DNA of 64,000 nucleotides, taken from the NCBI GenBank assembly GCA_963800785.1, contig CAWDCH010000016.1, forward strand, positions 98,688 to 162,687, written 5' to 3'. This document shows, piece after piece, positions 18,380 through 28,722 of this stretch. The notes under the pieces are model-generated. The model did not search any database. It had not been told where the DNA came from and worked only from the letters and a program-made list of their open reading frames with translations. The number at the start of each line of letters is the position of its first letter. Within the stretch, counting starts at the first letter, position 1. The stretch comes from Vicinamibacteria bacterium. GTDB taxonomy: Bacteria > Acidobacteriota > Vicinamibacteria > Vicinamibacterales > JAENWD01. The position numbers were made by a program, and so were the translations under genes.

Positions 18380-18408
18380 ATTATGGGTGAATTAACTAAT
18401 CATGTCAA
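18380..18408 (-). promoter_or_regulatory. sigma70-like promoter of the ABM-hsp20 operon
   Basis: The minus strand reads TTGACA (18403-18408), a 17-nt spacer, then CATAAT (18380-18385), within an AT-rich patch. Confidence 0.5.
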
Positions 18409-18483
18409 GCTTAATGTGCGATAATGTCGACATCGTCCAAGTTGCTTAATCAAACAAGTTAATTAGCAAACGGAGGAATTCCT

Positions 18484-19410
18484 GTGGATTTCCCGCTCCT
18501 CATCCGCCAGCGGCTCAAGGAACTGGGGACCGAGCAAAGGGACTTGGCGGCGGCGGCCCAGGTAACCGAGTCCTACATTTCCCAATTAATGACAGGAAAG
18601 AAGGCGCCACCCGCGCCCGAGCGGACCGACATCTACGAAAAGATGGAGACCTTCTTGAGGTTTCCTGCCGGGAAGTTAGCCACGCTGGCAGATCTCAGCC
18701 GCATGGACGGCCTGAAGAGAAAGCTGGCGGACCCTCCGTCGCCCTTGTTCAAGCAAGTACGGGAGTTGATTCTTCGCAAGTACGCTTCCGGCAACGCGCA
18801 GCCCATCCGTGCGATGTTCGAGAAGGAGCCCTTCGGCGCCCTTGAACGCCTCGTCACCCAGAAGCTGCTGGACGTTGCCAAGCGACTGACGAAACAGGAG
18901 TTGAACGATGAAAACTGGCTCCGTCTCGTCGCTCGACTCAGCGACAGAAGCTACGAGCAGATGCGGGTCATGGTGCTTGAGTTCCTGGAAACAGATGTCT
19001 TCAACGTTTCGCCCGAGAATTGCGTCACGTTTTTGGATCCGCTGATCGAATCGTGGGACATCGACCTCACGACGTTCGCGATGGAGATCGTCCTGAACCG
19101 CCGCCTGGCGCCCGGGCACCCGAAAAAATTTGAGTTCGTGGAACGGGAACCCGTCCCACCCGTCAACGAAGAGCCGGGGCTACAGGCCTTCCTGCAGGAT
19201 CCATCTCTGGCGGGCGATGCGACCGCGGAGGAAATCGAGTTTCTCAAGAAGCTCAAATTCACACGAAATCGGCCAACCCCGCTCTACTACTACCGGGAGC
19301 TGCAAAGCCTGCGAGATCCGCTCCATTTTCGCCGCGGCCCGGCGGATGTGGCATCTGGTGATGAGTTGTTGGCCGTGCACCGCGACTCGATCGGGCTGGA
19401 GGAGAAATAA
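18484..19410 (+). CDS. XRE-family HTH regulator with long uncharacterised C-terminal domain
   Basis: The N-terminus IRQRLKELGTEQRDLAAAAQVTESYISQLMTGKK is a typical HTH_3 motif. The protein is 308 aa and is transcribed divergently from the ABM-hsp20 operon. Confidence 0.7.
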   Translation: MDFPLLIRQRLKELGTEQRDLAAAAQVTESYISQLMTGKKAPPAPERTDIYEKMETFLRFPAGKLATLADLSRMDGLKRKLADPPSPLFKQVRELILRKYASGNAQPIRAMFEKEPFGALERLVTQKLLDVAKRLTKQELNDENWLRLVARLSDRSYEQMRVMVLEFLETDVFNVSPENCVTFLDPLIESWDIDLTTFAMEIVLNRRLAPGHPKKFEFVEREPVPPVNEEPGLQAFLQDPSLAGDATAEEIEFLKKLKFTRNRPTPLYYYRELQSLRDPLHFRRGPADVASGDELLAVHRDSIGLEEK

Positions 19411-19412
19411 CA

Positions 19413-19678
19413 TGCCGGACCGACACGATTTTGCGATGGCATCGTCAGATCATCGTGCGCAAGTGGACGTACGCGAACAACCGCTCCGGCCGCCCTCGGC
19501 GAGCGCCACTGTCGAAGGGCCCTCAAGGAATTCGTCGATCACTCCCATCGCGAGCGGAATCACCAAGGACTCGAGAATCGGCTGATCGACGGGAACGCGG
19601 AGGCGACGTGAGGGCGCGATCCGTCGGCGTCCGCGGCTCGGTGGCTTATTGAATGACTACTACGAGCGAGCGGCGTGA
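19413..19678 (+). pseudogene. internally deleted remnant of a DDE transposase homologous to 14311-15430
   Basis: DTILRWHRQIIVRKWTYANNRSGRPR is joined directly to ERHCRRALKEFVDHSHRERNHQGLENRLID. After a further frameshift it reads GAIRRRPRLGGLLNDYYERAA-stop. The catalytic core is missing. Confidence 0.65.
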
Positions 19679-19679
19679 G

Positions 19680-19757
19680 GTGTGCCGCCAACCGACCCGC
19701 CGGGCGGAGATCTGGGACACCACGGGCGTGATTCACGAGTACGTCCTGGCAGCGTGA
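19680..19757 (+). pseudogene. possible C-terminal scrap of another transposase
   Basis: The translation ends TTGVIHEYVLAA-stop, resembling the LGGVIDEYAVAA tail at 45318-45380. It is very short, so support is weak. Confidence 0.3.
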
Positions 19758-19886
19758 CGATGTTTTCGCACCCTACCAGGCCGCAGCCATTGTGTTGCGA
19801 TCCATTTTCGAAGAGCAGATCACCATTGACGGTTAATCAAAATCGGTAACCCTTACGCTAATAAGCGGGCGTATAAGCGAATTAAC

Positions 19887-19915
19887 TTGACTTGTAAAGT
19901 TAAGTACGCGATAGT
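19887..19915 (+). promoter_or_regulatory. sigma70-like promoter (duplicate of the ABM-hsp20 promoter)
   Basis: TTGACT (19887-19892), a 17-nt spacer, then GATAGT (19910-19915). Confidence 0.5.
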
Positions 19916-20008
19916 CCCCCAGATTGCGGCCCGTCCGGAATCCTCAGATCCCTCTGAGCTGATCAGGTCATCTGCGCTCCCAATCAGCACGCCAACCGGG
20001 AGGTTGAC
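19916..20008 (+). promoter_or_regulatory. structured 5' UTR homologous to 18278-18379, candidate RNA thermometer
   Basis: Hairpin I is CAGAUCCCUCUGA-loop-UCAGGUCAUCUG (19945-19974). Hairpin II pairs CUCCC (19977-19981) with GGGAG of the SD (19998-20002). The loop is again 16 nt. Confidence 0.4.
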
Positions 20009-20764
20009 ATGGTCGCTCGCACCGTTTCCTCCGACCTTCGCATCCTTGCCCTCTCGGTCGTCTGGCTCGTCGTGTCCGTCGTGCCGACCGCTGCTGAAGA
20101 TCTGTCTCGATACCGCGGATTTCAGTTGGGCATGAGCCTCTCCGCGGTGGCGCGGCAGGCGGGCATCGGACTTGAGCCGCGCGTGCTCCAGCACCGGCCG
20201 GCACTCATTCAGGAACTGATGTGGCAGCCGGCGCGCGTTGTCGGCGCGTTAGCGCAACCCGACTCGGTGCGGAAGGTGCTCTTCACCTTCTACAACGGCC
20301 AGCTCTATCGAATGGTGATCTCGTACGACAGACAGAGAACGGAAGGACTGACCCCGGACGATGTCGTGGCGGCGCTGTCAGTGACCTACGGTCCGCCGAC
20401 ACTCGAGGCGACCCCGCTGGCGCCGTTGCTGTCCCGGGACGCCGAGGGCCGCGACGCGATGGCGCTCTGGCAGGAGTCTCTTTACTCCCATTACCTCGAG
20501 TTCGACGACGAGGTCGTGGCGCGCTGGGGAGATGCAGAGAACTCGGTGCATCTCTTCAGATCGTCGTATCAGTTCACGTTCCGGCTGGTCCTGTTCTCGA
20601 AATCGCTCGATCGCCTCGCGCGAACTGCGACGCTGGAAAGCGTCCGTCTGGACGCGCAAGAAGCGCCGCAACGGGAGCTCGACCGCCAGCTGCAGCTATC
20701 GGACGACACCCGCCTCAAGCGCGAAACGGCGAGACGCCTGAACAAGGACACATTCCGGCCCTGA
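20009..20764 (+). CDS. secreted hypothetical protein
   Basis: The 251-aa ORF has a signal-like LRILALSVVWLVVSVVPTAAED. Its first 8 codons (MVARTVSS) are homologous to the ABM gene start (MFARTVSF). Confidence 0.55.
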   Translation: MVARTVSSDLRILALSVVWLVVSVVPTAAEDLSRYRGFQLGMSLSAVARQAGIGLEPRVLQHRPALIQELMWQPARVVGALAQPDSVRKVLFTFYNGQLYRMVISYDRQRTEGLTPDDVVAALSVTYGPPTLEATPLAPLLSRDAEGRDAMALWQESLYSHYLEFDDEVVARWGDAENSVHLFRSSYQFTFRLVLFSKSLDRLARTATLESVRLDAQEAPQRELDRQLQLSDDTRLKRETARRLNKDTFRP

Positions 20765-20770
20765 GGTCGG

Positions 20771-21019
20771 ATGGCATTCGTAAACGTGGTCTCAGTCGAG
20801 ACCGAGAGGATCATGCGCGCCGTGTGGGAATTCCTTCGATGGATCGAACAGCTGTCCTGCCGTCTGAAGGGTCATGACGAGCTCATGCACTTTTCGCCAC
20901 GGCGCCTGTCGCTGCATTGCACCCGGTGCGGGTATCGCTCGCCCGGCTGGGAAATCTGCCCGGTTCGAAATGGCCTGGTTACCGGGCCGGGCGCCGCACG
21001 GCGGCCTGAAGCTGCGTGA
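20771..21019 (+). CDS. small hypothetical protein with CxxC motif
   Basis: The translation contains LSLHCTRCGYRSPGWEI. It lies directly upstream of groEL on the same strand. The start is uncertain. Confidence 0.35.
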   Translation: MAFVNVVSVETERIMRAVWEFLRWIEQLSCRLKGHDELMHFSPRRLSLHCTRCGYRSPGWEICPVRNGLVTGPGAARRPEAA

Positions 21020-22699
<1,680 letters not shown>

Positions 22700-22826
22700 T
22701 GGTCCGGTGGGCCCGGATCCACCGAGCGACCGAGGCGAGGTAGTTCAGTGGCGCGCTGACGCGAGACGCCCGGGTCTGTGCTCTTGTGAACAGCGCGCCC
22801 GCTCGACGTGGTTGTAGTCTGAACCC

Positions 22827-23051
22827 ATGAAACGCACCGCGGTTTTAGGCCTCGTTCTGGTTGCGCTCGGCCTGCTGGTGCTCGCTTATCAGGGAGTCAC
22901 GTACCAAAGCCGTGAAACGATCGTGGACATCGGTCCGCTTCACGCGACGGCAGAGCGAAACAAGACGCTGCCGCTGCCACCCGTGCTCGGAATCGTAGCG
23001 GTGGCCCGCGGAGCGGCACTATGGATCGCCGGCTCTCGCAAGCGCGCATAG
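22827..23051 (+). CDS. small 2-TM membrane protein
   Basis: The 74-aa ORF has an N-terminal TM (AVLGLVLVALGLLVLAY), a conserved-looking IVDIGPLHATAERNKTLPLPP, and a C-terminal TM. Confidence 0.5.
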   Translation: MKRTAVLGLVLVALGLLVLAYQGVTYQSRETIVDIGPLHATAERNKTLPLPPVLGIVAVARGAALWIAGSRKRA

Positions 23052-23107
23052 GGCTGTTGTACGCGCCGCTCTGCGTCACGCGCCACTTGTCGGTTGGAGT
23101 GCTGATC

Positions 23108-23362
23108 ATGCCATTCACACGCGCCTCCCTGACGTCGGCTTGTTGCGTCGTCCTCGCGTTCTTTGCTTTTTCTGCGTCCGGCATGGTCGGTGATCCAGAC
23201 GTGCCGCTGCTGGTCCTCGTCGGTCTCGTGGCAATAACCGTCCTGGGGATCGTTGCCGCGAAACGGTGGCACGTCGTCGGCATGACGCCGGCCGGCGCTG
23301 CACGCCAGTTCGACGTGTCCGACGCGCGGGATCTGATTCGGATGGACAGCGATAAGGGCTGA
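23108..23362 (+). CDS. small 2-TM membrane protein with C-terminal DLIRMDSDKG tail
   Basis: The internal ATG gives MPFTRASL. It has two hydrophobic segments. The tail is identical over RMDSDKG to ORF 16435-16719. Confidence 0.55.
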   Translation: MPFTRASLTSACCVVLAFFAFSASGMVGDPDVPLLVLVGLVAITVLGIVAAKRWHVVGMTPAGAARQFDVSDARDLIRMDSDKG

Positions 23363-23967
23363 CCCCTGGCTGCGCAGTGGTCGAAGGCGCTGCGATTACA
23401 GGGACTTCAAATCATGCCCGCACTGCGCGTCGCTAACCCGCCCGCGCCGATGGGCGCGAGGATTTCGTACGGGCCAAGCCGGGATCCGGCAGCAAGGCTC
23501 ACGGTGGAGCGGAGATTGTAGCGCGGCGCTCGAATCGAGAACTCGCCCCTTGGTGGGGGCGAAAGCGTGCTCGGACACTTAGCGCGTCGTGAATTCCTGT
23601 AAGTGATGAATTCAGCGAGGCGAAAGGTCAGCGATTTGTTCGGGAATCCCGCGTTTCGCCGATGTTTTACAGCGAAGGGACAAAGTGCGCATGCTTCCAG
23701 GCGAGCGCCGCCCTGAGCGAGTTCTGACGGTGGACGACGAGAAGGCCGCCGTGAAAAGCAGGTGCAGGTGACTCACGGTAAGACCGCGGCTGCGCGGCGC
23801 TCGGTCCCGATGACGACCCGCTGCCTCCAGTGCGACTCGGGCGAACGCTGCACGGCTTGATAAATCGATTGGTTTCGCACACGGTTCGCACAACACGACC
23901 CTAGAGTATTACTCCAGGGCCGATGTTTCGCGCACCGAAATCACCGCTAACTTATTGAACTAAAAGG

Positions 23968-24054
23968 TGGTGCGGAAGGGGGGATTCGAACCCCCACGTT
24001 CTTGCGAACGCCAGCCCCTCAAGCTGGTGCGTCTGCCAGTTCCGCCACTTCCGC
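23968..24054 (-). tRNA. tRNA-Leu (anticodon GAG), long variable arm, CCA encoded
   Basis: The reverse complement folds as a cloverleaf: acceptor GCGGAAG/CTTCCGC, anticodon stem CCAGC/GCTGG with loop TTGAGGG, and T-arm GGGGG-TTCGAAT-CCCCC. Confidence 0.9.
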
Positions 24055-24071
24055 TTGGGCGAGTCGAGCGC

Positions 24072-24434
24072 TTACGGCTTCGGCTGCGCGGGCGCCGGGT
24101 TCTGCGAAGGCGCCGGTGCTGGTGTGGCCGGCGGCGTCGCGGGCGCGGGCTGCGTCGCCGCGGGCTTTGGCACGGGTGCCGAACCCACGACGGATCCCGG
24201 GCCGCGCTGGCCGAGGATCGACAGTGCCAGCGCCCCGATCACGAACAGCGACGCGCACACCCACGTGACCTTGGTGAGCAGCGTCGCGCCCGTCCGGGCG
24301 CCGAACGCGGCCTGGCTGCTGCCGCCACCGAACGCGGCCGCCAAGTCGCCTCCCTTGCCCTGCTGGATCAGCACTACCAGCATCAGCACGAGGCACACAA
24401 GAACGTACAACCCTGAAACGAGGTAATAGACCAT
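24072..24434 (-). CDS. secG: preprotein translocase subunit SecG with Pro/Ala-rich tail
   Basis: The translation reads LVLMLVVLIQQGKGGDLAAAFGGGSSQAAFGARTGATLLTKVT. The gene is followed by tRNA-Leu, a common arrangement. Confidence 0.85.
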   Translation of the reverse strand: MVYYLVSGLYVLVCLVLMLVVLIQQGKGGDLAAAFGGGSSQAAFGARTGATLLTKVTWVCASLFVIGALALSILGQRGPGSVVGSAPVPKPAATQPAPATPPATPAPAPSQNPAPAQPKP

Positions 24435-24517
24435 GAGCGAAACTATGAGTTTAGCACGAGGAAGGGAAGGCGGGCTACGGGCGGAGCCTGACGTCTGGTG
24501 CCTGAAGCCGAGAGCGC

Positions 24518-24579
24518 GATCGCGGGGCTAAAGCCCCGCCGCCACATGTCCGATCGCGGGGCTAAAGCCCCGCCGCCAC
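24518..24579. repeat. two tandem REP-like hairpin units
   Basis: GATCGCGGGGCTAAAGCCCCGCCGCCAC occurs at 24518-24545 and again at 24552-24579. Each unit contains the GCGGGGC-taaa-GCCCCGC hairpin. Confidence 0.6.
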
Positions 24580-24607
24580 GTCTCTGAGCCTGAAGCCCGG
24601 AGCCCGA

Positions 24608-24829
24608 TCACGCCTCCGGTTCCAGCCTTCGTCGCGATGCCCACGCGGCCGCGCCGAGGACGAGCACGTTTGCCACGACGACGGGTGCCGCCTGCATCAG
24701 TGTTCCGTAGACAATCCACATCGTCGCACCCGCCATCTGCACGCGGCGAAGCGTGTCTGGGCGGCGGCAGGCGTACGAACCGACGAAGACAGCGGTCGCC
24801 GCCCAACCGAGCCAGTCGGTGATCACCAT
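24608..24829 (-). CDS. small membrane protein
   Basis: The 73-aa ORF has hydrophobic segments (WLGWAATAVFVGSY, MWIVYGTL, VVVANVLVLGAAAW). Family not assigned. Confidence 0.45.
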   Translation of the reverse strand: MVITDWLGWAATAVFVGSYACRRPDTLRRVQMAGATMWIVYGTLMQAAPVVVANVLVLGAAAWASRRRLEPEA

Positions 24830-24836
24830 CGGCGGC

Positions 24837-25664
24837 TCACGCGACGGCCGCGCCCGGCGCGGACGGATGCTCGCGAACGGTCACCCAATCAGTGTGCGCC
24901 TTCTCCCATTCGCGCAGGCTGAGGCCGTAGCTCTCGAAGAGCGTTCTGATCGCCGCGGGGCTCCAGCCGACAATCTGCTCGAACACGGGCACCAGCACGC
25001 TGAACGCGTTGTCGCTGAGGACGGTGCGGCGCGCGATACGCGCGATGTGCTTGTTTTCCGAGACGGCAATCGTGAGGCCATCGCGGTTGTTCACATGCAG
25101 CATCACGTGGACGTCCGAGCTCCCGTCGCCGACGTAGATCGTGCGGTCCGGGCTGATCTCGAGCTCCTGCTCGAGCCGCTCGACGGCGGCCACCTTGCCG
25201 TAGCCTGCCGGGACGCGCACGATCGAGCGCACTTCACCCGAGTGTGGGTCGTAATCCAGCTCAGTAGCGACGATGTGGTCAGGCGGCACGATGCCGTCGA
25301 GCGCCGCGAGGATCACCTCGCGCGGCGCGGCCGAGACGACATAAAACGAGAACTGATAGCCCTCAACTCCCTTGCTCAGGAAATCGACGAGCTGCGGAAT
25401 GTGCGAGCGCAGTCGGACGCGGCGACCCGCCTCGGCGAGATGCTCACGGCGTACGGTTCTGAACGCTGGGTCGTGGCGAATCAAATAGGCGAGCTCGCCC
25501 CCCTGCTGCACGAGGTTGCTGGCGGCGAGGCCCGCCACCTTGCGGTCGAAATCCGTCACCCCCAGCAGCTCGGCGAGCACGCGCCCCGAGTCGTGAAAGC
25601 TGAGGGTCTGGTCGAAGTCCGACGCGAACAGAAAGTGCTTGGTCGCTTCCGTGGGCTCCGACAT
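24837..25664 (-). CDS. HAD-superfamily hydrolase (subfamily IB-like)
   Basis: HAD motif I is FASDFDQTL and motif IV-like is [10 protein letters not shown]. The start is taken at the internal MSEPTE. Confidence 0.7.
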   Translation of the reverse strand: MSEPTEATKHFLFASDFDQTLSFHDSGRVLAELLGVTDFDRKVAGLAASNLVQQGGELAYLIRHDPAFRTVRREHLAEAGRRVRLRSHIPQLVDFLSKGVEGYQFSFYVVSAAPREVILAALDGIVPPDHIVATELDYDPHSGEVRSIVRVPAGYGKVAAVERLEQELEISPDRTIYVGDGSSDVHVMLHVNNRDGLTIAVSENKHIARIARRTVLSDNAFSVLVPVFEQIVGWSPAAIRTLFESYGLSLREWEKAHTDWVTVREHPSAPGAAVA

Positions 25665-25860
25665 GTCACGCGCTCCGGGTAAATGAATAGGGACAGGAAT
25701 CATTGGATATAACAACTTCCTGAGGATCGTAGCGGCCGAAGCGGGCAGGCGTCAAGTCGTGTGACCATATCGAGCAATAAATACACCAATTTACACGGTG
25801 TTTCCGGCTCTCAACCTGTATTGACTGATTTTATGGGTTGTCATACCATCGGGGCGGTCG

Positions 25861-25950
25861 GCGGGGCTGAAGCCCCGCCTCCACGAACGAAGGGTGCGGA
25901 GCTGAAGACCGCTTCTACGCATGAGAGCAGGGCCGAAGCCTCGGCTCCAC
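25861..25950. repeat. three tandem diverged REP-like hairpin units
   Basis: The units are GCGGGGCTGAAGCCCCGCCTCCAC, GCGGAGCTGAAGACCGCTTCTAC and GGGCCGAAGCCTCGGCTCCAC, at ~34-nt spacing. They belong to the same family as 24518-24579 and 27079-27102. Confidence 0.55.
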
Positions 25951-25957
25951 ATGGCCT

Positions 25958-27074
25958 ATGGGAACAACCACCGTCGTACCGCCACCGAAGTACCGTCAGG
26001 TTTACGAAGCGCTGCTGCGCCAGATCGTTTCACGCCGCGTGCCGCCAGGCGGGCGGTTGCCCAGCGAGGCCGATCTCGTGCAGCAGTTCGGCGCTTCTCG
26101 AATCACGGTGGCGCGCGCCCTCAACGAGCTGCAGCTTGCCGGCCTGATCGAACGACGAGCGGGCTCGGGCAGCTTCGTCGCCCACAAGGGTGGTCACGTC
26201 GCCGCAGTCGCTCTCATTCGGCGTGCTGATCCCGGATTTCGGCGAGGTCGAGATTTTCAGTGCGGTCGTGCGTGGACTGATGGATCCTGTTGGAGGTCCG
26301 CCGCACGGTCTCCTCTGGGGCGCGATTGCAGACGGCAGTGAGAGCCAGGAGATCGAAGCGCGCCAGCTGTGCGCGCAGTACGTGGCGAGGCGCGTCGACG
26401 GCGTGTTCTTCGCGCCGCTGGAGCATGCGCCAGCGCGGCTCGCCGTCAACCGCCACGTCGCAGAGGCGCTCGCCGACGCGGGAATCCCGCTCGTGCTCCT
26501 CGACCGATCGATCGAGCCGTATCCGACGCGGGGCCATCACGATCTCGTCGCGCTCGACAACCGTCGCGCCGGCGCGCTCGTCACCACGCACCTCCTCACG
26601 CAAGGCAGTCGTCGGCCTGTCTTCGTTGGCATGCCGGGAGCGGCGTCGTCAGTGGATGCGCGCGCGGCCGGCTTTCGCGACTCCATCCTCCACGCCGGCA
26701 TCGATCCGGCGACGGCGCAGCTATGGCGCGACGATCCCGCCGACCGCGATCGTGTCGCCCGGCTGATCAAGGCCACGAAACCTGACGCGTTCGTCTGCGC
26801 CAGCGACCGGACGGCTGCCATCCTGATGCAGACGCTGCTCGCGCAGCAGATCCGAATCCCTGACGACGTGCGGATGGTGGGAATCGATGATGTCAGCTAC
26901 GCGGCTCTGTTGCCCGTGCCGCTGACGACACTGCGGCAGCCGTGTCGCGAGATTGGCGCAACGGCGGTGGCGGCGTTACGCGAGCGCGTGGCCCGACCCG
27001 ATCTCGCGCCGCGTGACATCCTGCTGCACGGGACCCTCGTCGTGAGGGAGTCGTGCGGAGCGAGTCGTAAGTAA
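25958..27074 (+). pseudogene. GntR-type HTH / periplasmic-binding-fold (LacI-type ligand domain) regulator with frameshift
   Basis: The N-terminal frame has the GntR HTH (LPSEADLVQQFGASRITVARALNELQLAGLIERRAGSGSFV). ORF 26190-27074, in another frame, has the sugar-binding-type domain (FGVLIPDF...VDGVFFAP...VCASDRTA...VGIDD). The switch is at the GGG run at ~26188. Confidence 0.7.
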
Positions 27075-27078
27075 TCGA

Positions 27079-27102
27079 TGCCCGAGCTAAAGCTCGGGCC
27101 TA
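27079..27102. repeat. REP-like hairpin between convergent genes (possible bidirectional terminator)
   Basis: GCCCGAGC-taaa-GCTCGGGC is followed by CTAC. The loop and 3' flank are the same style as the other REP units. Confidence 0.5.
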
Positions 27103-27115
27103 CGTACGATGGGGT

Positions 27116-27943
27116 CTACTTGTGCCGATGGACGCGTCCGTCCGTGCTCCGAACATGGGGCAGAGCGTCGCCAGACAGGGTGGAGAAGTACCACACCCAT
27201 CCTTCGCCCTCGGTATACAGCAGATATCCGCGGTAGAACGGCGCCTTGAACGGCGGGCGGGTCAGCTTGGCGAACATCGTCTCGAGCGGCAGTGCCTGCG
27301 GCGGTTCGGGCGCGAGGCCCTCATGCTCCCGAAAAGCGAGCAGCGCCGCTGGTGTCGTCGGCGCGACGACGCTCGCCGCGCCACCCTTCAGGCGAACCCA
27401 GAGTTCCGTTTGCGCATTGGCGTTGGCGGTCCGATCGGCGCGGCGCCGCAGCTCCTTGATTCGATCCGGCGAGACGAAGCGATAGGTGACTTCCGCCTCC
27501 TGATCGGCGGCGACGTCGATCAACCCATCCGCTCGCACCCGGACGACGTCCACACGATTCAGTCGCGCATCCTTGACCCACGCCTCGGCAATCGCCTGTG
27601 CCCACGGCAGGGCCGTCACTGCATCGAAGCTGGCGTAGCCGGACGGCGGCGGGCTGATCTCGAGCGGATGTTCACCAGGCGCCAGTTCGTCCAAATCCTG
27701 CAGCGTTACCGACGCCGAAGCCGCGCCGCCGGTCGTGGCGGCGGCCACTATCGCGTCCGCGGCGGTCCGCACGAGGACCAGCGGCTCACCGCCGCGCACG
27801 GCTGAATAGAGCATCAAGCCCACCGGGACGAGGATCGCGGCCAGGAAGACGGCGATCGCGAGGAACGCGGGCGTAAAGCCGCGCCGCCACTGGCGAACGC
27901 CACCCTTGAAGATTGGACGCCCGCTGGATTGCGGTTCGCTCAC
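27116..27943 (-). CDS. membrane-anchored hypothetical protein, last gene of the gap-pgk-tpiA operon
   Basis: The GTG start overlaps the tpiA stop (GTGA). It has a single N-terminal TM (FLAIAVFLAAILVPVGLMLY). No family recognised. Confidence 0.5.
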   Translation of the reverse strand: MSEPQSSGRPIFKGGVRQWRRGFTPAFLAIAVFLAAILVPVGLMLYSAVRGGEPLVLVRTAADAIVAAATTGGAASASVTLQDLDELAPGEHPLEISPPPSGYASFDAVTALPWAQAIAEAWVKDARLNRVDVVRVRADGLIDVAADQEAEVTYRFVSPDRIKELRRRADRTANANAQTELWVRLKGGAASVVAPTTPAALLAFREHEGLAPEPPQALPLETMFAKLTRPPFKAPFYRGYLLYTEGEGWVWYFSTLSGDALPHVRSTDGRVHRHK

Positions 27944-28704
27944 GCAGTTATCCGCGCGCGACGGATGATCTCTGAGAAGCTCTTGATGTCGAGGCTGGCG
28001 CCGCCGACGAGCGCGCCATCGACATCGGGCTGCCCGACCAGGTCGCGCGTGTTATCCGGTTTGACGCTGCCGCCGTAGATGACGTGACACTCGTCTGCGG
28101 CAGGGGCGCCGAACCACTGCCGCAGCCGCTGGCGGATGTGCGCGTGAGCGTCCTGGGCCTGCCCGGCGGTCGCCGTCCGCCCGGTGCCGATGGCCCAGAC
28201 GGGCTCGTAAGCGATGACGAGGGCACCGACTTGCTCGCCGGTGATGCTGTCGAAGCCATCCTTGATCTGTCGGTCGAGCACCGCGAGCGTGTCGTTCCGT
28301 TCGCGCTCCTCCAGCGTCTCGCCGATGCACACGATCGGAATGAGCCCCGCGCCCAGCGCCGCCCGAAGTTTGCGGTTCACCGTGGCGTCGGTCTCGCCGA
28401 AGTACTGGCGGCGCTCGGAGTGCCCGATGATCACGTAGTCGGCGCCGGCCTCGCGGACCATCGCGCCGCTGACCTCGCCGGTGAACGCGCCTTCCCGCTC
28501 CCAGTGCAAATCCTGACCGGAGATACCGATGTTCGAGTTGCGTGCCGCCTCGGCCGCCGCGTGGATTGCCGTGAACGGCGGCGCCAGCACGATCTCGACG
28601 TCCTCGATGTCCTTCACCACGCTGCGGAACTCTTTGACGTACACGACGGTGTCGTGCACCGTCTTGAACATCTTCCAGTTCCCCGCGATGAACGGATGAC
28701 GCAT
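27940..28704 (-). CDS. tpiA: triosephosphate isomerase
   Basis: The translation reads IAGNWKMF...IIGHSERR...IAYEPVWAIGTG...YGGSV. Confidence 0.92.
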   Translation of the reverse strand: MRHPFIAGNWKMFKTVHDTVVYVKEFRSVVKDIEDVEIVLAPPFTAIHAAAEAARNSNIGISGQDLHWEREGAFTGEVSGAMVREAGADYVIIGHSERRQYFGETDATVNRKLRAALGAGLIPIVCIGETLEERERNDTLAVLDRQIKDGFDSITGEQVGALVIAYEPVWAIGTGRTATAGQAQDAHAHIRQRLRQWFGAPAADECHVIYGGSVKPDNTRDLVGQPDVDGALVGGASLDIKSFSEIIRRARITA

Positions 28705-28722
28705 GGTGGCCCTCGTTCCGCC

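Noticed and set aside
23400-23960. Structured ncRNA (SRP RNA, RNase P RNA, tmRNA, 6S) in the ~560-bp gene-free stretch next to tRNA-Leu
   Set aside because: None of the conserved motifs I know is present: the SRP GGAAGCAGCC context, the RNase P GGAAAGUCCGG/ACAGAAA motifs, or the tmRNA tRNA-like end. Only generic GC hairpins are visible. A covariance-model scan would be needed.
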